DNA of 64,000 bases from Octopus vulgaris. Lineage: Eukaryota. The stretch covers positions 60,078,001-60,142,000 of the forward strand of contig OX597827.1 of the NCBI GenBank assembly GCA_951406725.2, read 5' to 3'. The translations under genes were made by a program, and so were the position numbers. This document shows, piece after piece, positions 40,060-54,854 of this stretch (its first letter is position 1; each line of letters begins with the position of its first letter). Under the pieces are notes generated by a model. That model worked only from the letters and a program-made list of their open reading frames with translations. It ran no database searches and was not told the origin of the DNA.

Positions 40060-40389
40060 GCGCGCACACACTCACACATTAACACACTTCATGGTGTGCG
40101 AATGGATGGATGAAGAGAGGGAGAGAAGGAGGGAAGGAGGAAGGATGAAAGAGAGGAAGGGTAAACGGGGAAAGGAGGAAAAGAAAGTTGAAATTTTAGG
40201 TTATCAAATTAATATTTTTGAAAATGAAAAGCGTTCGGTGTTAATAACAGGCAGCTGTGCTGTGGGCCAAGGTAAGAAATAGGGCGAGAATTTACATTGG
40301 ATGGTGAAGAAAGGAAAACAGTTGTTGTGATATTGAAATGGTAGAGATTGGTTGTGGCAATGGTGGCGAAGGCAGCAGTGGCATTGATG

Positions 40390-40738
40390 GTGGTGGTGGT
40401 GGTCGTCGTCGTCGTGGTGGTCGTGGTCGTGGTGGTCGTGGTCGTGGTGGTCGTGGTCGTGGTGGTCGTGGTCGTGGTGGTCGTGGTCGTGGTGGTCGTG
40501 GTCGTGGTGGTCGTGGTCGTGGTGGGTTTTTGTGGTCGGAGTCATACCAAAATGACAAAGAAAGAACGACCGCAAGAAAGAAGCAAAGAAAGGAAGGAAG
40601 GAAAAAGAGAAAAGAGACACGAAAATAAAGAGAAGGAAAAAGAAAGAAAGAGAAAAGGGAAGAGAAAGAAAGGAAGAAAGAAAGAAAGAGGAAAAGAAAA
40701 GGAAAGAAAAAGGAAGAAAGAAAGAAAGAAAGAAAGAA

Positions 40739-40775
<37 letters not shown>

Positions 40776-40917
40776 GAAAAGAAAGAGAAAGAAAAAGAAA
40801 GGAAGTAAGAAAGAAAGAAAGAAAGAAAGAAAAGGAAGAAAGAAAGAATGAGAAAGCAAGAAAGAAAGAAAGAAAGGAAAAGGAGAAGAAAGAGAAAAAA
40901 GAAGAAAGAAAGAAGGA

Positions 40918-40965
<48 letters not shown>

Positions 40966-40970
40966 AACGG
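40390..40970. repeat. (GGTGGTCGTGGTCGT)n 15-bp repeat followed by an (AAAG)n purine tract
   Basis: Read directly. Confidence 0.9.
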
Positions 40971-41220
40971 AAAAAGAGTGAATGGAAGAAAAGAATGTTT
41001 TGAAAGGTGGAATACTAAATAGACCGTGTATGTATGCATATGTATATTGGATGTGGTTGTATATGTGCGCGCACGCGTGTGTGAGTGTGAGAGAGAGAGG
41101 GGGAAGAGGGGTGAGAGGGGGGAAGAGAGAGAAAGAGGAAGAGAGAGAGGGAGCTTCTAAAATATGTGGGTGAGAGAATATGGAATGTTCACATGGAGTG
41201 TGTGTGTATGTGTGTATGTA

Positions 41221-41258
<38 letters not shown>

Positions 41259-41725
41259 GATTGTGCCGCAAGAGGAAAAAAAAAAACCACATTTCAATCC
41301 GTTGATTAACAAACAAGAAAATTAGCCACTTTGAGACAGTAATTGCGTTAAACGATTCAATATGATTATTTGCTATTGGGAACGGACTTCCTGTCTACCC
41401 CTATAGAAAAATGGGTGTTAGACTAGGAATTAACGTGAAAATATGCGTGCGCAAATATATGTATTTATGTATATGTGTGTATATATATTTATAAATGTGT
41501 GTGTGTGTGTGTGTAAGAGAGAGTTTGTGTAAAGAGCTTAGGCGAAGAAAGAAGAGGATATTATTTATTTAAGTTTTCTTAGTTATTTATTTATTATACT
41601 TTTTTTTTATTTTTCTTATTTAATTATTTGCTGTTCGGTTGTTCTACTTCGTCTTTTTTCAGTTTTCAATTTAATTCATTTATATTGAAAAACCAAAAGG
41701 GCAACTGCCTATACGTTTGTGTGTG

Positions 41726-41774
<49 letters not shown>

Positions 41775-41783
41775 GCACGGATT

Positions 41784-41833
41784 TTTGTCAGTGAACAGGT
41801 CGCGGATTTTAGCGACGAAAATGTTTTGACAAA
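41784..41833 (+). ncRNA. Hammerhead-like motif with a G3:C8 swapped core (second copy)
   Basis: tttgtca-GTGAACA-g-gtcgc-ggatttta-gcgac-GAAA-ATGT-TT-tgacaaa. Confidence 0.65.
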
Positions 41834-41913
41834 TTAAACTTAAATGTTGAAGTGAATCGAACGGCTTTTGTGTGTTTCTTAAATGGCTTATAAACACCTT
41901 CCACGCTGCAATT

Positions 41914-41987
<74 letters not shown>

Positions 41988-42359
41988 CACGTCATAAGAA
42001 ATTGATAAACTTACAAGAAATCGTGGAGTAATTTTTTTAATATCTTGAAGCACACGCATAGAGTTATATATAAGTAATATATATAAATAATGAGCTGAAT
42101 AATTTTTTCTAGTGAAAAAAAGTCGAAAGACACCTGTGGGATACAAGCCCACCTCTTCGGCAGGCATGAAAGACGTTCTACCACTGGACCAAAGCAATCC
42201 CTCGAACTTCTATATCCATTTTAGAAACTTAATTCTTACCAGCGAGTTTTGTACGTTGTTGACATCATAAGAATTTTTATAAAATTTCGCTTACATACAT
42301 ACATACATGCATACATACATACATGCATGCATGCATACATACATACATACATACATACA

Positions 42360-42395
<36 letters not shown>

Positions 42396-42419
42396 CATAC
42401 ATGCGAGAAGAAGAAGAAC

Positions 42420-43320
42420 CTGGTATGGATCTACATGGCGGTGAGAATATGAGTCATTAAAAGTAGAAGCATATAAACCCCTTGAATTATGGGAAAGTTA
42501 TAATATGAATAGTAGAGCGACAATGGAAGCCCTTATTAAAGAATATTTTCCAGAAATGAATTTTAAAATCTAATTTGAATGCCGATTTTACTTGTTTTAG
42601 GAAAATTCAAGCATTATTTATAAATAAACAATTGCCCACGGAACTGACATAAAAATAAATGTTTGATAAAAACAGTGTTAAAGTGAGCTACAGTTGCATA
42701 ACATATTTCACTGCATTTATTGTCAGTATAAGTAGTAAAAACATTTATTGTTACAAATACACATAACTCTTTTCCTTCTATGTAACTGTAACAACCCTAA
42801 CATCTCTACTCTTAACGGTATGTGTACTTTTAAAAGCATTTGTTTACCGAGCAGCTACAGTCTCTTTAATCTATATAAGGCTTATGTTAAGTCGCTGTAA
42901 CAAAACGATCATCTAAACTGAGAATGACGCTTTGCCACTTCACTACCCAAATACATCTGAAGTATAATAATCTGAGCAATTATATGTATTTCTTTACTAC
43001 CCACAAGGGGCTAAACTCAGAGGAGACAAACAAGGACAGACAAACGGATTAAGTCGATTACATCGACCCCAGTGCGTAACTGGTACTTAATTTATCGATC
43101 CCGGAAGGATGAAAGGCAAAGTCGACCTCGGCGGAATTTGAACTCGGAACGTAACAGCAGACGAAATACGGCAACGCATTTCGCCCGGCGTGCTAACGTT
43201 TCTGCCAGCTGGCCGCCTTAATCTGAGCAATTATATGATTGATTGGTCCCCATGCCCCCGGTTAAATGATTCCAAGTAGCACGCTATCTTATTCTTGGAG
43301 AAGTACAGAATTCTGCTACA
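42420..43320 (+). pseudogene. Decayed PLE linker/GIY-YIG region interrupted by SINE C
   Basis: KNSVKVSYSCI (42677), CNC (42781) and LNGMC match the PLE pattern NTVKVSYSC..CNC..CPLNGxC. Confidence 0.7.
42987..43218 (-). mobile_element. SINE C with a 19-bp TSD
   Basis: TAATCTGAGCAATTATATG at 42968-42986 and 43219-43237. Confidence 0.92.
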
Positions 43321-44335
43321 GTCCGTTGAAATTTTGAACGAAAGATAGAAAATAGGGGATTCCTTGTAGATAGTTCCATCGCTATATATTGAGGAATTTC
43401 AAAAATAGTAACTGGTAAATTTTTCTTTCCCTGCATAATAGATTTTCCATACTCTGAAAGATAGTTATAAATTTTTAAAATAAGACATTAATTTATCGAT
43501 TTACTCACCAACACTAAGCCACATTGACAAGAGCCCTTCCTTTGTTGGCGTGAGCATGCGTGATGTTTTCATTTATTCACGTGTTTTTACACATGAAAAA
43601 GATTTCAGTTGTTCATGGTACAGCAATGAATAATATAATTTATTGTGCATTTCTAACTGTTTTGTAGGCAATCAAATCCCGGTGTAATATTGATTTAATA
43701 TTTCGATGTGCTCACGAATGTTTTTCGTTATATATTGTCGTAGGTTTCTTCAAATCCCATTACTCGTTGAACCAGAAACATGAAACTCGGAGTTATAATT
43801 CAAGTAGCTTCTGTAATAATATGTATTACAAGAAACTTCTGGTAATAATATGTATAGCCATACTCGTATACATGTGTATACGGACTCATGTGCTCAAACA
43901 CTTATATACACACATACAAATACACGGTTATCAAAAACTTACATGTTAAATTTCAGACAACGAGTGTTTGTCTAATCAATCAGGTAGACAAAAAGGGCTA
44001 GAGGCATGTTCCAATCCAGAAGTCTGAAACGCCAGCATTGAGAGCTAACTACAAACGTTTGGCCTAGTTTCACTGCTAATTATTGATGACTGAACTTCCG
44101 AAATATTTAATTAATTTTGCCTCGTTTATGCTATATTATTTCATTAATGAAAACACATAGGTCGAAGGTCACACATATGTTCTCACATAACTAGTCACAC
44201 AGACATACCAACACACCAGAAACATGCACACACACACGCACACACGCACACACGCACACACACATATGTCATTATTTATATATGTACATCGATATATATT
44301 ATAGGTATATATAGATACATCTGTTTATATATATA

Positions 44336-44391
<56 letters not shown>

Positions 44392-45230
44392 ATTATTTGT
44401 ATGTATGTATGTGTATGCATGTATATATGTTTGCATGTATGTCTGTATACAAAAAGACACAGACATACCTACAGGCATACATAAATGCATATACGCATGT
44501 ATATATACACACATATAGGGTGTATACTTATAAATAAAAACATGCGCCCAAACGTCTACGTATATATGTATATATGCAAGACAGTATGTCTGTATGTATG
44601 TACGTATGACAATATATATATGAAAGTATATATGTTAGTAAGTGTGCATGTATATATGTATGTTTGCATGCGTGTGTATGTGTGTGTGTATTTCAGCAAC
44701 TAAGAGTCACTTGAAAAAATTGAAGTTTGATATTTAAAAGTGCATGTGTATGTGTCCATACATATGTGTGTGCATGCATGTGTGTATATGTATGTAGTTA
44801 TGTCTGAGTATGTTTAGGCATAGGTATATAATTGCATGTATGCTCGCGTAATAATTCAGAAATAATTAAGTAATTTATATGTTATTGTATTTAGCTTATA
44901 AGCACAAACCAATAAATAGTGATTTATACACACATATATATATGTGTGTGTGTATGTGTGTGTGTGAGAGAGAAAGACAGAAGGAGCATGGCTTAGTGGC
45001 TCGGGTATTCGCCTTACGATCGTAACGTTGCGAGTTCGATTCATGCACTTTATTTAATTTTGCTCTGGTCCTCTTAACTGGTAAAAATGGGTTACACTTG
45101 CAGTTCAAAGGCCATCTTTGTCACATTGTGTCACGCTGAATCTCCCTGTGGAGCGTTCAGTCACTTTCACGTCAATTTCAAGAGCAGGCTGCTATATATT
45201 TATATATATACATATATGCATATATATATA

Positions 45231-45345
<115 letters not shown>

Positions 45346-45472
45346 CATATATATATATATACATATATATATGTATACATATATATATACACACACACAC
45401 GCACATATATATATATATATATGCATACATATATGAACAAGCTTACATATGTATGTGTATGCATATGCATGC

Positions 45473-45780
45473 ATGGATACAGGACGTTATAAAACGTAAA
45501 CAACATGAAATACGACAACATGGAATACGAACTTTTTTGAGAACAACGAAAGAAACAAATGGGAAAAAAGACATGTAACATAAAGAGCGACCCTTCATCA
45601 GTTGTCGGCTGCTTATCTACTCCACATTTCGAAACAGCTGGCAACTGATGAAGGGTCGTTCTTTATGCTACTTGTCTTTTTTTTCCATTTGTTTCTTTCG
45701 TTGTTCTCAAAAAAGTTCGTATTCCATGTTTCTTATTTCGTATTTCATGCTGTTTACGTTTTATGACGTCCTGTACCCAT
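45473..45780. repeat. Inverted repeat with arms of about 140 bp and a 23-bp spacer (PLE-type repeat)
   Basis: 45473-45611 pairs with 45635-45780; each arm carries CAACTGATGAAGGG. Confidence 0.9.
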
Positions 45781-46149
45781 AAATGCATATTTATATACAT
45801 ATATATGTCAGTTTGTACATATATGTATGTATAAATCCATATATACTTTTATACTCTTTTACTGAACCCGGAACCATGTCGTTCGTAAGCAAGCTACTTA
45901 CCACACAGCCACTTCTACGCCTATGCATTCATACGTGTGTGTAATTGTGCTTGTGTGCGCGTGCGTTGGGGGTTGTTACGTTGGTGGTGAAATTACATGT
46001 AATGTGCTTATCTGATGAATTATACGTATGTTCATAGTCAAAAATACACGTAGTGGTTGTCAGTGTGAGCACGCATTTTAGATTTCTTTCCCCAGCATTT
46101 GCTTACACCAAGGACTGATAAATCTATTAAACAATCAGTATCAGATGTG

Positions 46150-46378
46150 CTCTTTTACTCTTTTACTTGTTTCAGTCATTTGACTGCGGCCATGCTGGAG
46201 TACCGCCTTTAGTCGAGCAAATCGACCCCAGGACTTATTCTTTGTAAGTCTAGTACTTATTCTATAGGTCACTTTTGCCGAACCGCTAAGTTACGGGGAC
46301 GTAAACACGCCAGCATCGGTTGTCAAGTGATTTTGGGGTGGGGTGGGGGCAAACACATACACACAAACATATGCACAC

Positions 46379-46457
<79 letters not shown>

Positions 46458-46612
46458 TACGATGGGCTTCTTTCAGTTTCTGTCTACCAAATCCACTCAC
46501 AAGGCTTTGGTTGGCCAGAGGCTATAATAGAAGACACTTGCCCAAGGTGCCACGCAATGGGACTGAACCCGGAACCATATAGTTCGTAAGCAAGCTACTT
46601 ACCACACACCCA
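46150..46612 (-). mobile_element. SINE family A, full length
   Basis: Reverse complement of the family A consensus with internal (TA)n. Confidence 0.92.
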
Positions 46613-46741
46613 CTAGAAATCAGGATCTTATCAGCAAGATGATATTTTTCGCTCTTTCTTTAGTCAGACATAAACTATAATTACAAGTTTCTAGTTGAAA
46701 ATATGGATACCTCTATACTATCTCTCTCTTTCTCTCTCTCC

Positions 46742-46778
<37 letters not shown>

Positions 46779-46879
46779 CTGAGCTAACACCTGTGCAATT
46801 GGGAAACCCTGTCGGAATCTGTTAGAAGAGGTGTGCGAAACTAACCTAACACCGTTCCAGTGTGCGCCCAAAAAAGCCT

Positions 46880-47250
46880 TTTCTGTTTCTCATTAGTTCT
46901 GAATAGCAGGTTGTTCCAAAGAACGATTCTAGATGTCTAGAAATGTATAGCCAATCTTTGCTAGTTTAAAGGCACTGCTTTAGCTGCTGTTCACGATGAG
47001 CACCGTTATCTTACTTACCTCCCGAGCCAAGGAGATTGTTTGTACGTCGAGAAAAGAATCTTTGTGGAAGAACTCTGTCACACCTACAGGATCGGGTGAG
47101 TTGTGTATATGATGTACATAATTGTAACCGTCGAAGACGAAAGCAAATGCGTGCGATCTGGAAATCATGATCTCGCTGATGAATACTGCATTGATATCTA
47201 GTGAACTGAGGTCATTGAACTGAGATCATTGCCTGTTAATCAGTCCTTAG
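46880..47250 (-). pseudogene. Possible decayed L1/Tx1 APE endonuclease fragment
   Basis: Only weak resemblance (NDLSSLDINAVFISE...FDGY). Confidence 0.35.
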
Positions 47251-47894
47251 CTACTCTGAGAAGAAGCAGTGGAGTGGATCACTCAATTTGGTCCCGAAGC
47301 AGAACGAAGAAATTTGGTCTTCCAAACGGTGGCGGTGTATCTTCAGCGGCATCTCTAAAAGACATTTTGTTCGAAATCTTGCGAAATAACCCTTTGTCGT
47401 ATTGATAATCTGTTCAAAGCGTCGTGTAGGAGCGAGAGTCGAGTTTGTCTGCATGCGAAATCATTGTTGAGGTTGTTTGGAGTAAAAGTTATTGCACTTA
47501 ATTCATTCTGTTGTATAGTCTTCATTTGAGGCTTATTAATTTCTCAAAGAGACCACTGGTTAATGAGCCCACGACCAGCCTTCAGGTTGGGGGGAGGGCG
47601 AACCTTTTTGTGTTCTATTTTTCTTTTCATTCCTACAAAGACATCTTTCGAAATGTTTTTCGTCTCGAGCTCATAGAGCGACTAGGCTTTGGAAATGGTG
47701 TAGTTCGAAGGTGAGTGTAGAAAAATAGTACGTCTACGCATGTGTATGCATTTCTGTTTTGCTGGCGGAAATGTACTACGGAGGAGGCGGAGTGGAGTGG
47801 AAACTTATTCTTGATATAACAACGGAGATCCTTATTTGTTGGTTCTGAATTAGAACCAAATAAAACAAAACATTGGTTTACGTTGTTGTTGAAA

Positions 47895-47925
<31 letters not shown>

Positions 47926-48581
47926 GCTGTTGTTGTTGTGCCTCCAATACAAATGGTAAAAATACCTTCACTAACACCATCACTTATTCATAACCACCGC
48001 TTCTATCACCATTCCCATTACAATTGGCACCACGACCTCATTCACCATTACAACTATGACTTTCACTAACACTATTGCTACCGCCTTCACCGCCACCACT
48101 AACACCACCTCCAGCCCCTCAGACATAAGTAATATATTTATATATGTGTGTGTGAGTGTGTGTGAGTGTGTGTGTATGTGTGTGTGTGTCTGTGTCTGTG
48201 TATAAACACACAGAAGCAAAAATATATGTATGTGTGTGTGTGTACACATATGTATGTATTTATACGTATACATATATATGTATGTTTGTATGTATGCTTA
48301 TATATATGTATGTGTGTTTATATGTATGTATGTTTATATGATTATATGTATGTATGCATGCATGTATGTATGTATGTATGTATGTATGTATGTATGTATG
48401 TATGTATGTATGTATGTATGTATGTATGCATGCATGTATGTATGTATGTGTGTATACTTGAGCACTCCCAGCCGTTGTCCTAAATCACTAAACACTGCTT
48501 AAGTCAACAGCTGAAACACTTCGCCTCCTCTCAGAAATTCTAACCACACTGGATTTTTATGGATTACTAGAGGGTTTGTTC

Positions 48582-48662
<81 letters not shown>

Positions 48663-48834
48663 ATGTCTCGATTATACTCCATAAGCTACGCGCTTTCATT
48701 GCTAGTGTTTTTACACACAGACACACACACACTCACTCACTCACATACATACATACACACACACACACATGCACACACATTCACTCACTCACATACACAC
48801 ACACACACACACACATACATATATATACTTTTTT

Positions 48835-48980
48835 TCTTTTCTACTCTAGGCACAAGGCCTGAAATTTTGGGGGAAGGGGCTCTCGATTAGATAGACCCCA
48901 GTACGTAACTGGTATTAAATTTATCGACCCCGAAAGGATGAAAGGCAAAGTCGACCTCGATGGAATTTGAACTCAGAACT
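48835..48980 (-). mobile_element. SINE C variant with an alternative tail, head truncated
   Basis: Central CGACCCCGAAAGGATGAAAGGC; tail TCTACTCTAGGCAC is shared with 63406-63622. Confidence 0.85.
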
Positions 48981-49037
48981 TAATATACGTGTGTGTTGTA
49001 TATAGACAGATATATATCTATAATAGACACATATAAT

Positions 49038-49074
<37 letters not shown>

Positions 49075-49077
<3 letters not shown>

Positions 49078-49224
49078 CATAAGGGACTAAAACCATCTGA
49101 ATATGGCTAGGGAAAGGTGGTGGGGGTGTTACTGTTGCATTTAGCCTGGGGCTAAATGCAACAGTAACACCCCCACCACCCTGCCCTGTCCCTAGCCATA
49201 TTCAGACTTTAGTCCCTTATGTTA
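49075..49224. repeat. Near-perfect hairpin with arms of about 72 bp
   Basis: GGTGGTGGGGGTGTTACTGTTGCATTTAGCC-tgg-GGCTAAATGCAACAGTAACACCCCCACCACC, with outer arms ATAACATAAGGGACTAAA / TTTAGTCCCTTATGTTAT. Confidence 0.9.
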
Positions 49225-49267
49225 TGGAGCAGTTACTGTCTATATCTCATTTAGAGAATTCTTATTG

Positions 49268-49334
<67 letters not shown>

Positions 49335-49385
49335 ATATGTATATATATATATGTATGTATATACACACACACATACATATATATA

Positions 49386-49461
<76 letters not shown>

Positions 49462-49571
49462 ATAAACAGTGCCTGGACCTCACACAGTGTAGAGGCGCAC
49501 TTTGATGCAAGTCTGATGAAGTATCACTCTAATGTCTAAAACCGCAAATATTCTGTTCTACTCTAGGCACA

Positions 49572-49810
49572 GTGGGGGCGCATGGCTTAGTGATTAGGGT
49601 GTCAGCATCATGAACGTAAGTTGTGGTTTCCATTGTGTTCTTGAGCAAAACACTTCATTTCACGTTGCTCCAGTTCACTCAGCTGGCAAAAATGAGTAGC
49701 CATGGGATGGACTGGCGTCCCGTCCAACTCGGGAACACATACGCCATAGAAACCGGGAAACCGGGCCCATGAGCCTAGCTAGGCTTTAAAAGGGCGCATT
49801 TATTGTTTTA
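49572..49810 (+). mobile_element. CORE-type SINE family E with a 13-bp TSD
   Basis: TACTCTAGGCACA at 49559-49571 and 49811-49823. Confidence 0.92.
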
Positions 49811-50645
49811 TACTCTAGGCACATGGCTCGAAATCGACTGAACCCGAACCATGTGGTTGATAAGCAAGCTACTTACCACACAGCCACTCCTGCGCCTTAA
49901 TAATTTTCACAATTCTTATATCATTTAACTATAAGAATCATTTCTATGTAATTTCCTTTCTTCCTATAATATTGGACATTGTATTTTTAGCTCACGTTCC
50001 GTTACATAGATTTTGTCTATGATGACGTTACTACGTCTGTAAATTACCTCCCATTAACGCGTTACTCTCTAAACATACATTATATGTATGCCTGTCCTAT
50101 ATATACCCAAGTGTTTGTTTATATACGGTATTTCGATACATATGTTCTGCTGTTTTTGCTGTGCTAAATACGTTTATGTATAGGATATTTTTAAGTAGCA
50201 ATACTCAGAGGATATTTCATATTATTTTTGGTTCTTCCTTTTGAATTCAATAAAAATTCCTTTGTGCACGAAATAGTACTTCCTTACTTTCTTGAGAAGT
50301 ATTTTTTACAAGCAGGCTATGTGGTTGAGAAGATCGCTTTATAGTCACGTGATTTCAAGTTCAGTCCCCCTGCGTGGTAGCTTGGATAAGTATCTCCTAC
50401 TGTAACTCCGGAGCGACTAATACCTAATGAGTGAATTTGGAAGACGGAAACTGTGTAGAAGCCCTTTTTTCTCTCTCTGTTTTTTCGTTCACGCTTCATT
50501 GTTCCCTTCTCATCCCTTTCTGTCAAAGTGCGTAGGCTCGAAGCATAAACGCTTTGTGCATTCTTCCCCAGCGTCAAACTGAAATACCTGCTTGTTCCCT
50601 CACCTGTCTTAGTCTTTAGTTTTCTGTAAATCTGAACTATATATA

Positions 50646-50777
50646 TAGTAGCTTGCTTACCAACCACATGGTTCCGGGTTCAGTACCACTGCGTGACACC
50701 TTCGATAAGTGTCTTCTACTATAGCCTCTGGTTGCCTTGTGAATGGATTTGGTAGACAGAAACTGAAAGAAGCCCGT

Positions 50778-50871
<94 letters not shown>

Positions 50872-51060
50872 TATGTTTGTCCCCTACCATCACCTGACAA
50901 CCGATGCTGGTGTGTTTACGTCCTCGTAACTTAGCGGTTCGGCAAAAAGAAACCGATACAATACGTACTGGGCTTACAAAGAATAAGTCCTGAGATCGAT
51001 TTGCTCGACTAAAGGTTGTGCTCCAGCATGGGCGCAATCAAGTGACTGAAACAAATAAAA
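50646..51060 (+). mobile_element. SINE family A
   Basis: Matches the family A consensus. Confidence 0.9.
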
Positions 51061-51899
51061 GGATAAAAAAATACTGCAAATGGCTATGGCGGTCCTGAAG
51101 AGTAAAATAGGAATGAAAGGGGTCCACAGGCGTAAAATGGTTGACAACCACAGAACTAAACCCTTCAAGGCAGAGCCCCAGCATGACCAGATTCCAGTGT
51201 CTGAAACAAGACAAAATTATATACAACAGAGTTGAAAAATAACCATACCGGTAGATGTAGGGTTATGAGTAGGGTCACTGGAGTAAAAATTGTGGTAAAG
51301 ACTGTAGAAATGGTGGTGATGGTGGTGGTGGTGGTGGTGGTGGTCGTCGTCGTCGATCGTGGTTGTGGTCGCGGCGGTGGTAGTGGTGGTGGTTGGATTA
51401 TTAACGAATGTGATAGTGGTGGTGGTGGTGGTGGTAGTGGTGATGGTAATGGCGCTCCAAAAGGGTGGTTATGATGATGGTGGTATAGATGATGTTGCAG
51501 ATGGCAAAAGCGGTGACGGTGTTGATTGATGATGATGATGATGATGATGATGTGAATTATGATGGAGAGAGAGAGGATGTGGAGGAGGAAAATAAGATGA
51601 GCTTGGTGGTGGTGATGGTGGTGGTGGTGCTGGTGCTGGTGCTGGTGCTGATGGTGGTGGTAGTTCTTGGCGTGGATGGTGGAAGCGCTGTGTTGAAGTA
51701 GTCAACATATTGACTGAGCAAAAGCAATAAAAAAACTGTACATAGCATCGTAAGAATTCGCCTAAGATAAGAAAGACATACACACACACACACTGACACA
51801 CTCGCACATGTATGTATGTATGTATGTATGTATGTATGTATGTATGTATGTATGTATGTATGTATGTATGTATGTATGTATGCATGCATGTATGTATGT

Positions 51900-52232
51900 A
51901 TTACTCTTTTACTTGTTTCAGTCATTTGACTGTGGCCATGCAGGAGCACCGCCTTTAGTCGAGCAAATCGCCCCTAGGACTTATTCTTTGTAAGCCTAGT
52001 ACTTATTCTATCGTTCCCTTTTGCCGAACCGCTAAGTTATGGGGACGTAAACACACCAGCATCGGTTGTCAAGCGATGTTGGGGTGGGGGTTGGGGACAA
52101 ACACGGACACGCAAACGTATACACACACACATACATACATATATATACATATATACGACGAGCTTCTTTCAGTTTCCGTCTACCGAATCCACTCACAAGG
52201 CTTTGGTCGGTCCGAGGCTATAGTAGAAGACT
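51900..52232 (-). mobile_element. SINE family A, head truncated
   Basis: Matches the family A consensus. Confidence 0.9.
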
Positions 52233-52638
52233 ACTAAAGTTCTATGAAGAAAAAGAATAATACGCTTTCTATGAATTACTTTATTATCTCTGCTTTTAAT
52301 GAAATATTTCATTTCATAAAATCCTAAATAAATCACAGGTTATATCATGCTACCAAATTATAGAAAGAATAAAATAGTACTATATTCGATTATTACCAAC
52401 TAGAAATATTAAGACTTTCGTTAAAAGTAAATAAAACAAATGCGAGAATTCTATGCATCTTTTTTCCTTATAATTTCTCAATTTCAAATTCAAATTTCTA
52501 ATTTCTTTTAATTCCCTTAAATATACTTTCCCTTGTAATAACGACGACCTCTGATGAAGAATACGTATGTATGTATGTATGTATGTTTGTATGTATGTAT
52601 GTATGTATGTATGTATGTATGTTTGTATGTATGTACTG

Positions 52639-53058
52639 TTTACTTGTTTCAGTCATTTGATGCGGCCAGTGGTTAGGAGCAGCGACTCGCGGTCGTAGCA
52701 ATTGACCCCGGACTTATTCTTTGTAAGCCCAGTACTTATTCTATGTGAGTGTTTATTGAGCCAAAAACACGCTAAAGCTCCACGAGGACGTAAACACACC
52801 AGCATCGGTGGTGATCAAGCGCTGCTACTCTTTCAAACACAGACACACAAACACACACTTATATATATATACATATGTACCTGTATTCCAAAGGGCCGGC
52901 CTTTCAGTTTCCGTCTACGCTGAATATCCACCGAGAAGGCTACGTTTGGTCGACCCGGAGTGCTCAGCCACTTACACGACACTTACGCAAGAGCCAGGCT
53001 GCAGTTGATCTGAACCCGAACCATGTGGTTGGTTAGCAAGCTACTTACCACACAGCCA
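52639..53058. other. Interleaved mosaic of SINE A (-) and SINE B (+); probable assembly consensus artefact
   Basis: Alternating 10-40-bp blocks, each collinear with one of the two families. Confidence 0.8.
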
Positions 53059-53254
53059 TGTATGTATGTATGTATGTATGTATGTATGTTTGTATGTATG
53101 TTCTTTTCTGTTTTTAATCATTTCCTTCCTCTGAAGAAGAAGCTGGTTTTTAACAAAGATACAAAGCTTCATCTTTGGAATGTAGATAGCGAAAACAATG
53201 TCACATTATAAACCCGAGAAAAGAATTGCATAGTTTTACTTTTCCGGTTACAAC

Positions 53255-53295
<41 letters not shown>

Positions 53296-53796
53296 AAAAG
53301 AAAAAGAAAACTTGTTGGAAAAGATAAAACTAGAATAGTCATCGTGATCTGAATTGTCAGATATTTATCTCTCCACCCTGAAGACGGAGGCCGGATCTGT
53401 CCAATGTCTTTTGGCTTCCATTACTGGTTGCATACTCTGGTCGACTACAGCTGTCAGTATTATGAAGTAACTACAAGCCCACCCACCCCAGAAACAGCTG
53501 TCCGACTTGTAACACCATACTTTCTCCCTTTTAAATTTCTGTGTTTTTCCATTCTGTGCAACTTTGCTTTGTTAATAAATATGAAGATATATGAATTTGA
53601 ATATTCATCACCTGAAAAATGTCAGCCTTTGCTTCTCTCTATTTACATGTATAAATATATATAAATATATATTTTGAATATCAGACCCAAGCAGTTTTAC
53701 TTGTTTATTCACAAAATTTCCTCCATATCTGCTCACCTAGATTTCTTTTATAGCCATTCTTTACCCCGCAGACTTGGATGGATGAATGGATGGATG

Positions 53797-53884
<88 letters not shown>

Positions 53885-53959
53885 GCGAGCGAGAGGGATA
53901 GAGAGAGAGAAAATCTCTATAAGAGATGAAAACAGTAACTATACTGAAAAGTAACGTTT

Positions 53960-54015
53960 ATCACCACTTAAATATGTCTGATCACAAAGAGGTCGAAACC
54001 GTACGGTCTGGTGGT
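53960..54015 (+). ncRNA. Decayed type I hammerhead (5' core lost)
   Basis: atcacca-CTTAAAT...gtc-GAAA-CCGTACGG-TC-tggtggt; 7-bp stem I and palindromic stem III. Confidence 0.45.
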
Positions 54016-54211
54016 CTTGAGGCTGTAAGATGGTAGGGGTTCACTCCCCTGCTTGCAATATATATCGGGTGCAGATTGCATCGAATAACCAATTGGAGGA
54101 GGCGTCCTTCTGGTGTTAAAAATAACAGTAACGTCGGTCTCTACGGAACAACCATGTATAAGTAGCGATAAACATAACTTTCCTCTGTGTGTCGATGTGT
54201 GTGTGCGCGTA

Positions 54212-54242
<31 letters not shown>

Positions 54243-54778
54243 AACTATGTACGTTTGTTTGTTTAAATTCCATGAAAATCCATTCGCGAACAACCTCCTA
54301 CGAACAATAAACGAAACCACGATGACAACAACAACAACAATAACAACAGCTAAAAGAACAACAACTGTTTACATGTCAGTTTATCTCCAAATCCCATCTA
54401 AGAACCGACTAACCAAATGACAGAAACAAAACCAAGAAACAACACTAAATGGGAGGCCATCACTGCGAAATTCCTGTCATAACTCGAGCAGAGAGCGAAA
54501 AGGAGGGGGAGGAAGGGGAGAGAAAGGTGATTTCTCTCCCCCTCTCACTCTTTCTCTCTCTCCTATCTCACTCACTCTCTCTATCTATTTATCGCTCACT
54601 TTTTTTTTCTTGCGGTATCATTAATGACGAGCAAGTGCCTAACTGCTATCCTTCCGGTCTTTGCGACGTTCCGAGTTCAAATCCCATCGGCGACAGCTTT
54701 ATTTATTTATTTATTTATTTATTTAATTATTTATCGTGGATGTGGTGCCGTATGTTCTACTAGGATCTCTTTCTCTTC

Positions 54779-54854
<76 letters not shown>

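Noticed and set aside
40204-41316. 370-aa ORF and RGG-like or DHH repeats
   Set aside because: Built from (AAAG)n and a 15-bp GGT/CGT repeat.
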